61,198 nt of DNA, taken from NCBI RefSeq assembly GCF_016433145.1, contig NC_058133.1, positions 169,785,439-169,846,636 on the forward strand. The letters run 5' to 3'. A model generated the notes under the pieces. The model saw only the letters and a program-made list of their open reading frames with translations, was not told the origin of the DNA and searched no databases. Positions 1 through 13,818 of the stretch are shown piece after piece (position 1 is the stretch's first letter; each line of letters begins with the position of its first letter). Position numbers and translations under genes: made by a program. The stretch comes from Gracilinanus agilis (taxonomy: Eukaryota).

Positions 1-3548
<3,548 letters not shown>

Positions 3549-3942
3549 TTCTGATTTGTTTTCTCAGCTGCCAAAGGCAACAGGCTTCCTTTGTGGACCC
3601 TGGGTAGTGGCATGTATGGGGATGAGGGGATGGTAGGAAGGAAAAATAAGGCTGACAACCCCTGGAAGCTGTGGAGAAAGAAGCATTGGCTTGTAGGTGA
3701 TTTGATGCTCCCCTGACTCAGCTACAGGAATCTCACATTTGTGGCCTGGGCCACAAAGGAAGGCATCAGCCTTCCTGTGCTTTCTTCTTTTATAGATTTA
3801 CACACATACCCCCATAGCCCTCCACAGAACAACCAACTCTGGAAACCCAACTAAGACCAAAATCATCCAGGTTTTTTTTGTTATTGTTGAAATTATTGTG
3901 AACTGTTAGTGTCTGAAAGTTGTCTTTTTTTTCTAGACACTT

Positions 3943-3948
3943 ATTAAA
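3943..3948 (+). terminator. ILF2: ILF2 polyadenylation signal (ATTAAA)
   Basis: ATTAAA ~395 nt after the stop, followed by a U-rich tract (3955-3985); no AATAAA seen earlier in the UTR. Confidence 0.7.
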
Positions 3949-4254
3949 AGTATTTCCTTGTAAGGTTCTTTTTTTTCCTTTTTAATTAACAGTGTTGAAA
4001 CATTTGCTTTTTGGTTTTGACATGTGCTCCACAGGCCTCTTGCCAAATTATAGCTTGGGGAAATTGTTGTAACACTCTCCCCTTGTCTCCTCCTTAACCT
4101 AGCTCCAAGTTAAGCTTCATCATGATTAGAAATTTGGCTGCCTCCAGGAGGAGAGGCACAGAAAGTGAAAATCTTCAGAAGCTTGAGAATCTAGTCCACA
4201 CCTACACTTATGGAGGAGTAAACCTAAATACAGGATTACAGCATTAATATGACA

Positions 4255-4260
4255 TTTATT
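4255..4260 (-). terminator. SNAPIN: SNAPIN polyadenylation signal (AATAAA)
   Basis: TTTATT on + strand, ~530 nt after the SNAPIN stop; GU-rich downstream on - strand. Confidence 0.7.
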
Positions 4261-4789
4261 GAATTGTATAGTTATGAAAGTGCTGCTGTGGCAGCTAAAA
4301 GCTAGTGCAATCAGAAGGGTGGATGGGCAAGGCCTCCTCACCAAGATCCTTCCCCCTCAAATCCTCAGTGCAAGCATAGGAAAAAGTTGGTCCCTCTAAG
4401 GAAAGGCATGCCGTCCAGGGACCAGCAACTTAGCACCTAGCAGGAAAAATATCATCCAGGCTAAGGGGATCCGGATGCTGGGCAGATTTGGAGTCAACAG
4501 CTTTCTCCTTTATAAACCTTGCACTCCTTATAAACAGCCCTTTAACACAAGAAAACCTTGGGAACCAATTCTCATGGAACTTTCTCAACCTGAATGTAAG
4601 CAAGGGGCTACTTCTGATCCCAATCTAACTAGATTAATCTAGCTCCAATTGCTCAGTACACAAATGATAAGGTTGCTGTCTTAAATATTCCTTATCCTTC
4701 CAAGCCAGTGCAGAGTCAGTGTCTTCTAGAGTCACGGTTGAAGCAAGGCAACTGGAGAGCAGGACTCCTGGTTCAGCTTCTGAGATGCA

Positions 4790-4891
4790 TTATTTGCTTG
4801 GGGAACCAGAAGGGTAGCCCCCTGACTCTAGCATAGCACGCCGTCTAACTGTCTCCTTGGCCACACTGTGGTTCAAACGTCTCAACCGCTC
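4790..4891 (-). CDS. SNAPIN: SNAPIN exon 4 (coding part)
   Basis: tttcag|GAGCGG...AGCAAATAA. Confidence 0.96.
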   Translation of the reverse strand, partial: ERLRRLNHSVAKETVRRRAMLESGGYPSGSPSK

Positions 4892-6213
4892 CTGAAAGGG
4901 AAAAAGAGTTCTAGCAGCAGGATAAGGATCTCACGGCTTAAATCTCTAAAAGTTCTTTCCATTACCAGTTGGTTCACATGGTCAAGCTAAGTTTGGCACT
5001 GGGAGTAATAACTTCCAACCTATTTGGAGATAACTTGTTCTAATTTCATGATCTCTAACCTAAAATTGGCCTTGAAGTTAACGCCCCCAGTTCAATTTCT
5101 CAGACTATAAATTACAAGTGAAGTAATGATCTACATTGCCAGTGGAAGAATTTTTTTCCCCCTTTGATGAATTTTCAACACTGATTAATAAGCTGGAGCC
5201 AGAAAATGTATGAAAGGAAATTATCTTTGGAGTCAGTAGACCTGAGTTTGAATTCTCATCCATGAAATCAGTTTTTTTCACCTTTTATATGTTAACTACT
5301 TTTATGCATATTTCAAGTTTAGAAAAATGCTGCCTCTTACATACTTGGAAGCAATGGATATCCTAGGGGTACTGCAAAATCAGGACAGAAAACCTTAAAG
5401 TGGGTGTCCTGATACATTCTCTTACCTGAGCATTCTGTAAAATGTTATTAATCAAGACAACCCGTCTCCTGGCATTAAGGAGCTTCTTCACGTAGGGATC
5501 CAGATCCAAAGCCACCTTCTGGTCTTCATTGATTCTGCAGAGTTCTGGAGGTTAAAAAGGGGAAGGGGAGCACCGTGAGAGCTCCCATTGAAGTAGGTTT
5601 GTAACTCAATGGAAATGGGTCTTTTCTCAGGGGGACCTCAGCCGCCATAATAGGTTCTGACTTGGGGTCGTTGTCAAGGAACAGTCACAGTCTTGAAGAT
5701 CAGGAAAAAAGGCAGAGGAAATCCGGACCCAAGAACGGGGTTATGCACCCAAATAGGATTGGAAAAAGGGAGGAAGAGTACGGGGACTTCTGGGGCCAGA
5801 CGCGCCTGCACACTCACCAGTGGCCAAATTGTCAATCTGTTCCCGCAGCTCCACCTGACTCTCCCTGTAAAAGGAGACAAAGCCCAGTCCCACTCAGGCT
5901 CCCGTTGCTAGCCCAACAACCCCCGGGACCTGATGTAGACAAACCGAGGCTGGCGCATCCCGCCGCGCCCCTTTCTCCCCCTTCGGTTCCCAGGGTCCCG
6001 AGATACCAGCACCAACAGACCCGCCCCCTTCCCCAGCTCCTGCGGAAGCCACAGCCCTCCCCGAGCGCACCGAACCGCGTGCACGTGCGAGTCGAGTTGC
6101 TGCACCGCAGGCCTCAGGAATTCCAGCAGCCCTTCCGCGAACAGGTCCCGGCCCGAAGGCCCAGCCACCGGCGTGCCGGCCCCAGACACTGCGGCGGAGC
6201 TAGTCCCAGCCAT
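4790..6213 (-). CDS. SNAPIN: SNARE-associated protein Snapin (BLOC-1/BORC subunit), 136 aa
   Basis: Exons 6071-6213 (143), 5818-5864 (47), 5426-5544 (119), 4790-4891 (102) = 411 nt: MAGTSSAAVSGAGTPVAGPSGRDLFAEGLLEFLRPAVQQLDSHVHAVRESQVELREQIDNLATELCRINEDQKVALDLDPYVKKLLNARRRVVLINNILQNAQERLRRLNHSVAKETVRRRAMLESGGYPSGSPSK*; T14, S50, C66 and T117 retained. Confidence 0.98.
5426..5544 (-). CDS. SNAPIN: SNAPIN exon 3
   Basis: ctccag|AACTCTGC...GCTCAG|gtaaga; LCRINEDQKVALDLDPYVKKLLNARRRVVLINNILQNAQ. Confidence 0.96.
5818..5864 (-). CDS. SNAPIN: SNAPIN exon 2
   Basis: ttacag|GGAGAGT...GCCACTG|gtgagt; ESQVELREQIDNLAT. Confidence 0.96.
6071..6213 (-). CDS. SNAPIN: SNAPIN exon 1 (coding part)
   Basis: ATG at 6213; donor CG|gtgcgc. 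Confidence 0.96.
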
Positions 6214-7029
6214 CTCCTGACGTCCGGGAAACCAGTACCCCTCGCGAGGGCCGCCGGGAACCGACGAGATCCCTCCTACAGACGCGGCCCGCGACGGGGT
6301 GCATAGGAAGCGCCGTCTTTGCTATACGCGCTGGGGCTTCTGGGAAATGGAGTTTTTAATGGGATGGGACCGACCGCTGCGGGATGCAGTGGAGATGCAG
6401 CTTTTATGGAGGGACACAGGAGAAGTAACTTGTTTGTTTTATAGAATTTTCAAATTTGTTTTTATTTATTATACCTATCTCCTGTTTTCACATCCATCTG
6501 CATTTTCCTGATAACAAAGAGTAAAAAGAGGAAAGAAAAAGAGTTCAGCAAGATTCACCAGCTTGGGGAAAAACCTGATATGTAATCTTTAGCAACCATA
6601 CCCATCTACATACCCTCTCTTCACCCCACCCCACCCACGTTAACAGACCTCCATGGGCCACTCAGAGGCAAAGGAGCTTTACTCAACTGAATCAACTTGG
6701 GGGTGTTCTTGTTATATTGTATTTTCCTGCTGTGACTAAAGAAATCATCTGTTAACTTTTGAATGACCCAAGAATGTTCCATCATTCCAAGCAATGCCTC
6801 TTGTAGCCTTATAAACTTGTTTGTCAAAAGTTCAACAGATTTTTTTTTCTCCTAATTACTGCAAAAGGTTTTGGCTTCCCCTCTCCCAGTGGTAAAAGCT
6901 CCTGTCAAAGTAATTCTCAACTTAGGCTGAAAGTCATCCCAGGCCCACCAAGTTTTGCCTCTGGAACTTTATAGGGAGAACTACTTTGCTGTGATTCAGC
7001 TCCTGCCACCTGCAGCCTCTAATTTTATT

Positions 7030-7740
7030 ATTATTTTTTTAAATTTTTATTTAGAATATTTTTCCCATGGTTACATGATTCATAATTCCCCCTCTCCTCT
7101 GCTCTCTCCTCCCCCTTGCAAAGCCAACAATCAGTTCCACTGGGTTGTACATGTATTATTATTCAAAAGATTTCTATGTTATTCATATTTGCAGTAGTGA
7201 TCCTTTAACATCAAAACCCTAATCACATCTCTATTGCACTATGTGATCACCCATAAAGTTTTCTAATGCATTTCTGGTTCCACAGTTCTTTCTCTGGATA
7301 TGGATAGTGTTCTTTTTCACAAGTTCCTCTGGATTGTCCTGGGTCATTGCATTGCTGCTGGTAGAAAAGTCTATCACATTAGATTGTGCCATAATGTATC
7401 AGTTTCTGTGTACAAAGTTCTCCTGGTTCTGTTCCTTTTGCTCTGCATCAATTCCTGGAGGTTGTTCCAGTTCACATGGAATTCCTTCATTTCTTTATTA
7501 CTTTTTTTTTTTTAAACCCTTTAACTTCAGTGTATTGTCTCATAGGTGGAAGAGTGGTAAGGGTGGGCAATGGGGGTCAAGTGACTTGCCCAGGGTCACA
7601 CAGCTGGGAAGTGGCTGAGGCCGGGTTTGAACCTAGGACCTTCTGTCTCTAGGCCTAACTCTCACTCCACTGAGCTACCCAGCTGCCCCCTCTTTATTAC
7701 TTTTAGCACAATAGTATTCCATCACCAACATATATGTGGC
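7030..7740 (-). mobile_element. L1 3' end fragment (marsupial L1), interrupted by a SINE
   Basis: TTAGAATATTTTTCCCATGGTTACATGATTCAT motif shared with copies at ~13280, ~53760 (reverse) and ~57020. Confidence 0.75.
7506..7690 (-). mobile_element. Young SINE1_Mdo-type SINE
   Basis: Near-consensus; perfect 14-bp TSD tctttattactttt at 7492-7505 and 7691-7704; poly-T tail. Confidence 0.92.
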
Positions 7741-8345
7741 CTCTAATTTTGCTCTTGGATGAGCCCTTATCCAGTCTGCCTGCCTCTGACCTACTAGATC
7801 TGGAATCTTGCCAGGGTACCTTGTTTCAGTCCTGGTTGCAGACCTCAGGATCTTCTAAAGTATCCCACTGGCCATTCGCAGAGTAGATCCACCTCAAAAT
7901 TGCCAGTTCCTGCTTCCTCTCCAAACTCCTCCAGAAATATAATTTCAGCTATTTCTGCTTGTTATGAGGTAGGCTTTCTGGGCTTCATAGGACTAGACCT
8001 CCCCACCTGTCACATGAGTGGAGGACCCTCATCTGATCACTCTCTTGCTTGATATATATCTCTTTAGTCACTGATAATCCACTTGAACTCATTTTCAATA
8101 GTTCACATTCTCTGACCCCATCAACTCTCTCTATTTTAGTGATTATGAACCATCTGGCTGTCATTTTACAATCCACTCCCTCCACTGGCTGCTCTCTTGC
8201 TCCCATCTAGACCCTATCCTATCAATCCACCTCTTCCAGTATGTTCTCTAGAATGCCTCTGGACTGAGCTTTGAAAGTTCTTGACTTCGAATCTGTGTCT
8301 GAACAATATGACTGTGGGCTTATCCCTATTAGAGTTCCAGTAGAC

Positions 8346-8540
8346 CAGTGATTCCCTAAGTGGGTGCCACTGCCCCCTGGTGGGTGCTGCAGCAATCCAG
8401 GATAGTGGTGATGGCCACAGATGCATTTATCTTTCCTATTAATTGCTATTAAAACTTAAAAAAAAATTAATTTCCAGGGACGCTAAGTAATATTTTTTCT
8501 GTAAAGGGGGTGGTTGGCCAAAAAAGTTTGGGAACCACTG
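8346..8540. mobile_element. Non-autonomous hAT (Charlie-type) DNA transposon / MITE
   Basis: TIRs cagtgattccctaa / tttgggaaccactg (12/14 match); perfect 8-bp TSD cagtagac at 8338-8345 and 8541-8548. Confidence 0.9.
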
Positions 8541-9407
8541 CAGTAGACTATTGCTGGACACAATCACTATCAGTCAACTGGAAAACTATGCTGTTTCAGA
8601 AGGACAGAACTGTAGGCTTAACTTTGGTCTGGGATTTCTGCTCTGGTTATTCTTCTTCAGGCTTCCAATTGGAATGAGAGGTAGAACTAAGACCCTGTTC
8701 TGTTCCTGGGTATGAGGAACGTAGCTGCTGTTTGCTTGTGAAATTTTTCCTTGCTTAGTATAGAACCTAGAACCCACCACAGCTCCTCACTCTGGAACAC
8801 CACTCAGTCCATCCTGGCTCTGTACTCCAGAACAATGAGTAACAGAGAGCTGCCAGTTGGCACTTGTTCTTCTAATCTATATAAATTTAGGTCCCTCTGT
8901 CTCTTCTTGCCCTTGTGGACAGACTTTTTTTGTGCCTGAATGGTCTATTCCCTTAGAGTATTCTTGGTAAGACCTACTCCTGAGTTTACTGACCTCTCTG
9001 TTGCCCTGTGTTAACTTGGGCTAGTAAAATGACTCTTGATTTTCTTTTTTGGATTTCCTGATTAGGATTTGTTCTGGTACATTTTCTAGATCTTTTTGGA
9101 GGCTTCAATGGGGAAGTTGGGGGTGGAGTGGATTTTACTATATTTCTTACTGACATTCCTCTTTCCAATCTTCTTACGTTTTATTCTTTTCCACATTGTC
9201 TGTGATACAGTGACACTGGCCTCCTTGCTGTTTCCTGAACAAGACACTCCAACTTTATGCCTTTTTGCTGGCTATCTACTATGCCTAGAATTCTCTCTTA
9301 TCACCCCTACCTCCTGTCTTCTCTTTTTTCCTTCAAATCCCAGTTAAAATCCCACCTATAATTCCATCTTTCCCTTTCATTCAGTGGTATACTAGTAAAT
9401 GATTTTT

Positions 9408-9606
9408 TTTAAACCCTAACCTTCCATCTTGGAATTAATACCATGTATTGGTTCTAAGGCAGAAGAATGGTAAGGTCTGAACATTGGGGTTAAGTAACTT
9501 GCTTAGGGTCATACAGCAAGGAAACCCCTGAGGTCACATTTGAACTCAGGACCTGCTATCTCTAGACCTGGCTCTCATACCTTTGAACCACCTATTTGCC
9601 CCCTAA
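9408..9606 (-). mobile_element. SINE1_Mdo-type SINE
   Basis: AAACCCTAACCTTCCATCTTGGAATT tail; CORE and tRNA-derived head. Confidence 0.85.
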
Positions 9607-9901
9607 TAATTGTTTTAACAATCAGATCTTGCCCCACCAAGCCCCCAAAAGGATAAATGACATATTTTTTTTAAATTTGGACTTTTTATTTTAATTACAA
9701 ATTTCCACATAAGATTTCTGAAGTTATATGATCTATATTGTTCCCTCCCTTCTACCCTCTCTGCTCCCAGGGCTAACAAGCAATTCGATCTGGGTTATAT
9801 ATGTATTATCATGCAAAACATATTTTTATATTATTCCAAATGACATACTTTAAAGTTTAATCTGCATCATTAATATTTTCTCCCTTATTTTCTTTAATCT
9901 A

Positions 9902-10102
9902 GGATGGGCAAACTTTTTAAAGAGGGGGCCAAAGGAAAGGAAATGCTCATCTGTCAGTCTGTTTCTAAGGCAACTCTTTCGAAGTTTCATTGTATTGTAT
10001 CCTACTCATTGTATTTGTCAGATTAGGAATAATGTCGAGTCAGCCAGATAGAACATTTCACAGGGAGCATCTGGCCTGCAGGCTGTAGTTTGCCCATCAC
10101 TG
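9902..10102. mobile_element. hAT/Charlie-type MITE
   Basis: TIR GATGGGCAAACT ... AGTTTGCCCATCACTG; right flank atctagac (hAT target-like), left flank atctag; related copy at 16645. Confidence 0.75.
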
Positions 10103-10161
10103 ATCTAGACCAATCAGCAAAACAATAAATCAAATCCTGATTAATATCATTTGCCAATTTC

Positions 10162-10363
10162 TTTTTTTTAAACCTTTACCTTCTGTCTTAGAATCACTAC
10201 TGTGTATTGGTTCTAAGGCAGAAGAGCAATAAGGGCTAGGCAATGGGGGTGAAGTGACTTGCCCAGGGTCACACAGCTAGGAAGTGTCTGAGGCCAGATT
10301 TTAACCCAGGGCCTCCTGTCTCTAGGCCTAGCTTCAATCTATTGAGCCCCCCAGCTGCTCCCT
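10162..10363 (-). mobile_element. SINE1_Mdo-type SINE
   Basis: Standard tail, CORE and head in reverse. Confidence 0.85.
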
Positions 10364-10833
10364 AGTACTTACCTTCTGAGATTACCTCTAGTTTATACTT
10401 TATATACCTTGTATGAACGTGACTGTTTTCTCTCCCATTAGAATGTGAAATTTTGAGGACATGGATTATTTTCCTGTTTTCGCCCTTTCCCCCCCCCTTA
10501 AATATCCCCACAGCTTAGCTCCAATGCATGGCACATATTAATTATTTAATGAATACTTGTTGACTTGATTTAATTTGACTTAGGATTTTTATTAATGTCA
10601 AAGCCAAGCAGACTGCCTATCTTGAGATAATAGCAGCCTCCAATGTGAATGATTTTATATCATTGGGTTAATTACAGGAGCCATAGGCTTTCCCTCAGAC
10701 AACAGGAACTGATATCCCAGGCCATTGAAAGACATAGACCAGTTATGAATAAGGCAAGAATTATTCATGAGCAAGGCTTGTTGGCTCTGATCTGTGAGTT
10801 ATTGAAAATCTTTAAGAATCCTTGGAAGAGAGT

Positions 10834-11055
10834 GGGCAGCTGGATGACTCAGTAGATTAAGAGCCAGATCTAGAGATGGGAGGTCCTGACCTCAGATACT
10901 TCCTAGCTGAGTGACCCTGGGCATATCATTTAATTCCCATTACCTAGCCCTTACTGTTCTTCTACTACTGTATTGATCCAAGATGGAAGGCAAGTGTTTA
11001 ACCAAAAACAAACAAACAAACAAACAAACAAACAAGAAAACAACCAAAAAACACC
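10834..11055 (+). mobile_element. SINE1_Mdo-type SINE with (CAAA)n tail
   Basis: GGGCAGCTGGATGACTCAGT head; tail expanded into (AAAC)n at ~11006-11035. Confidence 0.85.
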
Positions 11056-11254
11056 TGGAAGAGCAAAAGGCCTGACATTAGAAGTAAATTTTTTCTCTAC
11101 TTGAGCATGAGCAAACCAGCCTTAAATCACATTGTTGCTCCAATACTTAGCAACAAATGTTTTCTAAGTGAATAGTTGAATGGTAATTGTTACCCACAAG
11201 TCACTAAAAGGAGAAAAGCAAAGCCCAATGAGCAGCTCACTAAATTCTGGTAAT

Positions 11255-11460
11255 ATTTATTAAAGGGTAGTTCAATGGCCTTAGACACTTCCTGTGTCTT
11301 AGGCAAGTTACTCAATTATTGATTGTCTGACAAAAGGATCCACTGGATCTATTGGAGATGAGAAGGAAATAAGCAAACCACTCCAGTAGCCTTGCCAAGA
11401 AAACCCCATGGATAGCTATGGTCCATGGAGTCACAAAGAGTTGGACATGAATTGACAACA
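11255..11460 (+). mobile_element. MAR1-type SINE (RTE-derived tail)
   Basis: GAGAAGGAAAT..GCAAACCACTCCAGT..CTTGCCAAGAAAACCCC..GAGTTGGACATGA tail. Confidence 0.7.
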
Positions 11461-11925
11461 AGGATAACGGAGCAGGTTAGAAATAGGTTCCTGGGAAGAC
11501 AGGTTTACTCAGAAGGGTAAGTAGATTAGCTCCCTTAGTAGGGAGGGGAGATGAGTTATCTACACGTGACAATAAGTAACAAATCAAAAACAAGGGACTT
11601 CCCTTTGGGCAGTCCAAAACCAGTATTGTGGCTGCCATTTGTCCACTTGAATTAGAAGTGGACCTCCAGGAAGTGACGAAAGATGCTATCTCTTCAAGTA
11701 TGATGGTAACTTCCTGTTGAGGTAGTTGAACTTGGTGCTGAAGGATCTCTGCTGAGACCTCAGGCAGCTTCTCCTCTGAATTGTCATGTGGATAAGTTAG
11801 GCTGACTTCCTTGGCCTACCTTGGCATTTTTCCAGAATCTCTACCTTAAGAAGGTTTCTTTGCCTCTCTAATTGCTAAGGCCTTGTGGCCTTAATTAATC
11901 TTTTAGTTCTCACTTGGTCCAGACC

Positions 11926-11966
<41 letters not shown>

Positions 11967-12119
11967 CTTACCTTCAATCTTCCTAATTGTAAATAAACTA
12001 CCATAAAACCCATCCTGACTTGGGTCTGTTTTAATTATGGAATCAATCTAGATCTGATTGATTCCTGGCAACCATGCCTTAATATATATCTTTATAATAT
12101 CTAATTTTTCCTTATTACA
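11461..12119 (+). mobile_element. ERV solo LTR (family shared with 27908-28556)
   Basis: Ends ...TTATTACA, AATAAA at ~11992; long stretches (CACGTGACAATAAGTAACAAATCAA, CCTTTGGGCAGTCCAAA, AAGTTAGGCTGACTTCCTTGGCCT, CTGACTTGGGTCTG) are reverse complements of 27908-28556; 5' end approximate. Confidence 0.8.
11928..11964. repeat. (TC)n microsatellite inside the LTR
   Basis: Direct reading. Confidence 0.95.
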
Positions 12120-12280
12120 ATTCCCTTTTTTTGACGGGGTTACTAGACTAGATTTTAGTCAAGCATTTTACAAAGTCTCTCATGTTCTCCTGGTGGAAAA
12201 GATGAGAGGTATGGGCTAGAATACAATTAGATGGATTTAGAAGTATTTGAAAGACTAGACAGTCATAAATGGTTCAAGGT

Positions 12281-13158
12281 TGTAAGAGGGAAAAAGGTTT
12301 TTTTTTGGTTTGGATATTAATATTTAAAGGTGTGGTCACCAAGGAACTGAATAAATACCAATTCCTAAAATTATTTTAGTAATTTATTTACAAAATATAG
12401 GAGAGAATGGAAGTAGAGAGATGAGAAGAGGGTAGAGTAAGAGATCTAACAAGTATTTTGTATTCAAGTCTGGGCTTTACTCTGACAGGGCTCCAGAGGC
12501 CCAGCTGGAGAGCCTAAAAGTCAATTAGCAAAGGGTTTAGCCACTAGGGCTTCTCCCAATCAAGGGAGACTCCCAGAGGCTAGTACCTCCAGGGAAGTTA
12601 AGGTAGTCAGTCATCCTTCACTCACCATGTAAGGGAAAGATTTAAGAATAGTCTCACCAAGGTCTCAGGATCCCAGCCAGAGCACCTCCACATCCAAACA
12701 ATGAACAAGAAGAGCTCCTTCAGATCCAAGACATGAACCAGAAGAAGCCCAGCTGAACTCACTGACCTCTCTCTCTCTCTCTTTTTTTTTAACCCTTAAC
12801 TTCTGTGTATTGGCTCCTAGGTGGAAGAGTGGTAAGGGTGGGCAATGGGGGTCAGATGACTTGCCCAAGGTCACACAGCTGGGAAGTGTCTGAGGCCAGC
12901 TTTGAACCTAGGACCTCCCATCTCTAGGCCTGACTCTCAATCCACTGAGCTACCCCGCTGCCCCCTACTGACCTCTCTTTTAAAGGGACTTCTTTTGCGT
13001 CACTTCCTGTGCCTTCCTCTTAGTTTATGTGTTCAATCACAACAGACACTTTTCTTGGGACTGCCCAGTAGGCTGTCAGTAAATTCTGATTTGTTACTTA
13101 CTCCAGCACACGTGGATCACAGACCTCCCAACTTGTGAGTTAAGTGGTGTTGTTTACA
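12281..13158 (-). mobile_element. ERV solo LTR (related to 27908-28556), interrupted by a SINE
   Basis: Starts TGTAAGAGGGAAAA as at 27908, ends TTTACA; shares AAGTAACAAATCA / GGGCAGTCC / AGGAAGTGACG blocks. Confidence 0.75.
12777..12965 (-). mobile_element. Young SINE1_Mdo-type SINE nested in the LTR
   Basis: TSD actgacctctct on both sides (~12765 and ~12967). Confidence 0.9.
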
Positions 13159-13394
13159 CTTTTTGGTGATTAGATTTGAGAATGGGCAAGGTAGATTTAA
13201 TCTCATTATCACAATTGTCTTCAAGGAGTGTTCAGATCTACCCTTTTCCAGAATGTTTTGCCTTTTTTCCTTAAAATCTTTATTTATTTAATTAAATTAG
13301 AATATTTTTCCATGGTTACATGATTCGTATTTTTCCCTCCCTTCCTCTCACCCCCCTTCCAGAGGTGCGGAGCAATTCCACTGTTTCCCAGAAA

Positions 13395-13818
13395 TGTTAA
13401 ATCAAGAGATTTTGAAAGGCAGACAAAGAATTGAATTAATTATGAAATGGATTTGCCTCTTTCCCAAGGACTAAATTTAAAGAAGACAACTCTAGTCAGG
13501 GCTTTGCTAAAGACAACTAAATCTTAAGTATCTTTCAGTCATCCTATCCTCTGGCTATTGCATCTTTCTGAAGCTTCAGTGAACTCAGTGTAACTAGACT
13601 ATGGCCCCTTCCCCCTTGTTAAAAATCTATTTAAGCTGCCCTTTTTTCTGTAGGCCCTGGGAAGTCCTAAAGCATCTGTTCTATGTGGTACTCTGAGATC
13701 ACATCCCACGGTGGGTGATAGGTTCTATTTGTCTTTCCTCAATTATAATCTCCTTGTCCTGATTAAAGACCCATTTTTATAACTACTTTGGTAGTTATGT
13801 ATTTTTTCCGGTTTGACA
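13395..13818 (+). mobile_element. ERV solo LTR (second family)
   Basis: TG...CA termini, TATA-like TATTTAAG ~13628, ATTAAA ~13762, 55 nt before the CA end. Confidence 0.65.

Larger units (their letters stand above)
5780..6400 (-). promoter_or_regulatory. SNAPIN: SNAPIN CpG-island promoter
   Basis: High GC and CpG density spanning exons 1-2; TGACGT (6218-6223), palindrome CCCTCGCGAGGG (6239-6250), YY1-like GCCGTCTTTG (~6311-6320). Confidence 0.8.
7960..10565 (+). mobile_element. Fragmented L2 LINE (pieces ~7960-8340, ~8800-9370, ~10365-10565) interrupted by younger elements
   Basis: L2-like 3' features (CTCCTTGCTGTTTCCTGAAC..., CTCTCCCATTAGAATGTGA..., AATGAATACTTGTTGACTTGA); boundaries approximate. 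Confidence 0.6.

Noticed and set aside
5662-6306. 214-aa plus-strand ORF
   Set aside because: Antisense to SNAPIN exons 1-2 in a CpG island; TTG start, Pro/Arg-rich low-complexity translation; long ORFs are expected in GC-rich DNA.
7600-7690. tRNA-like A/B boxes in SINE heads (many copies)
   Set aside because: They continue into CORE and SINE tails with TSDs; not tRNA genes.
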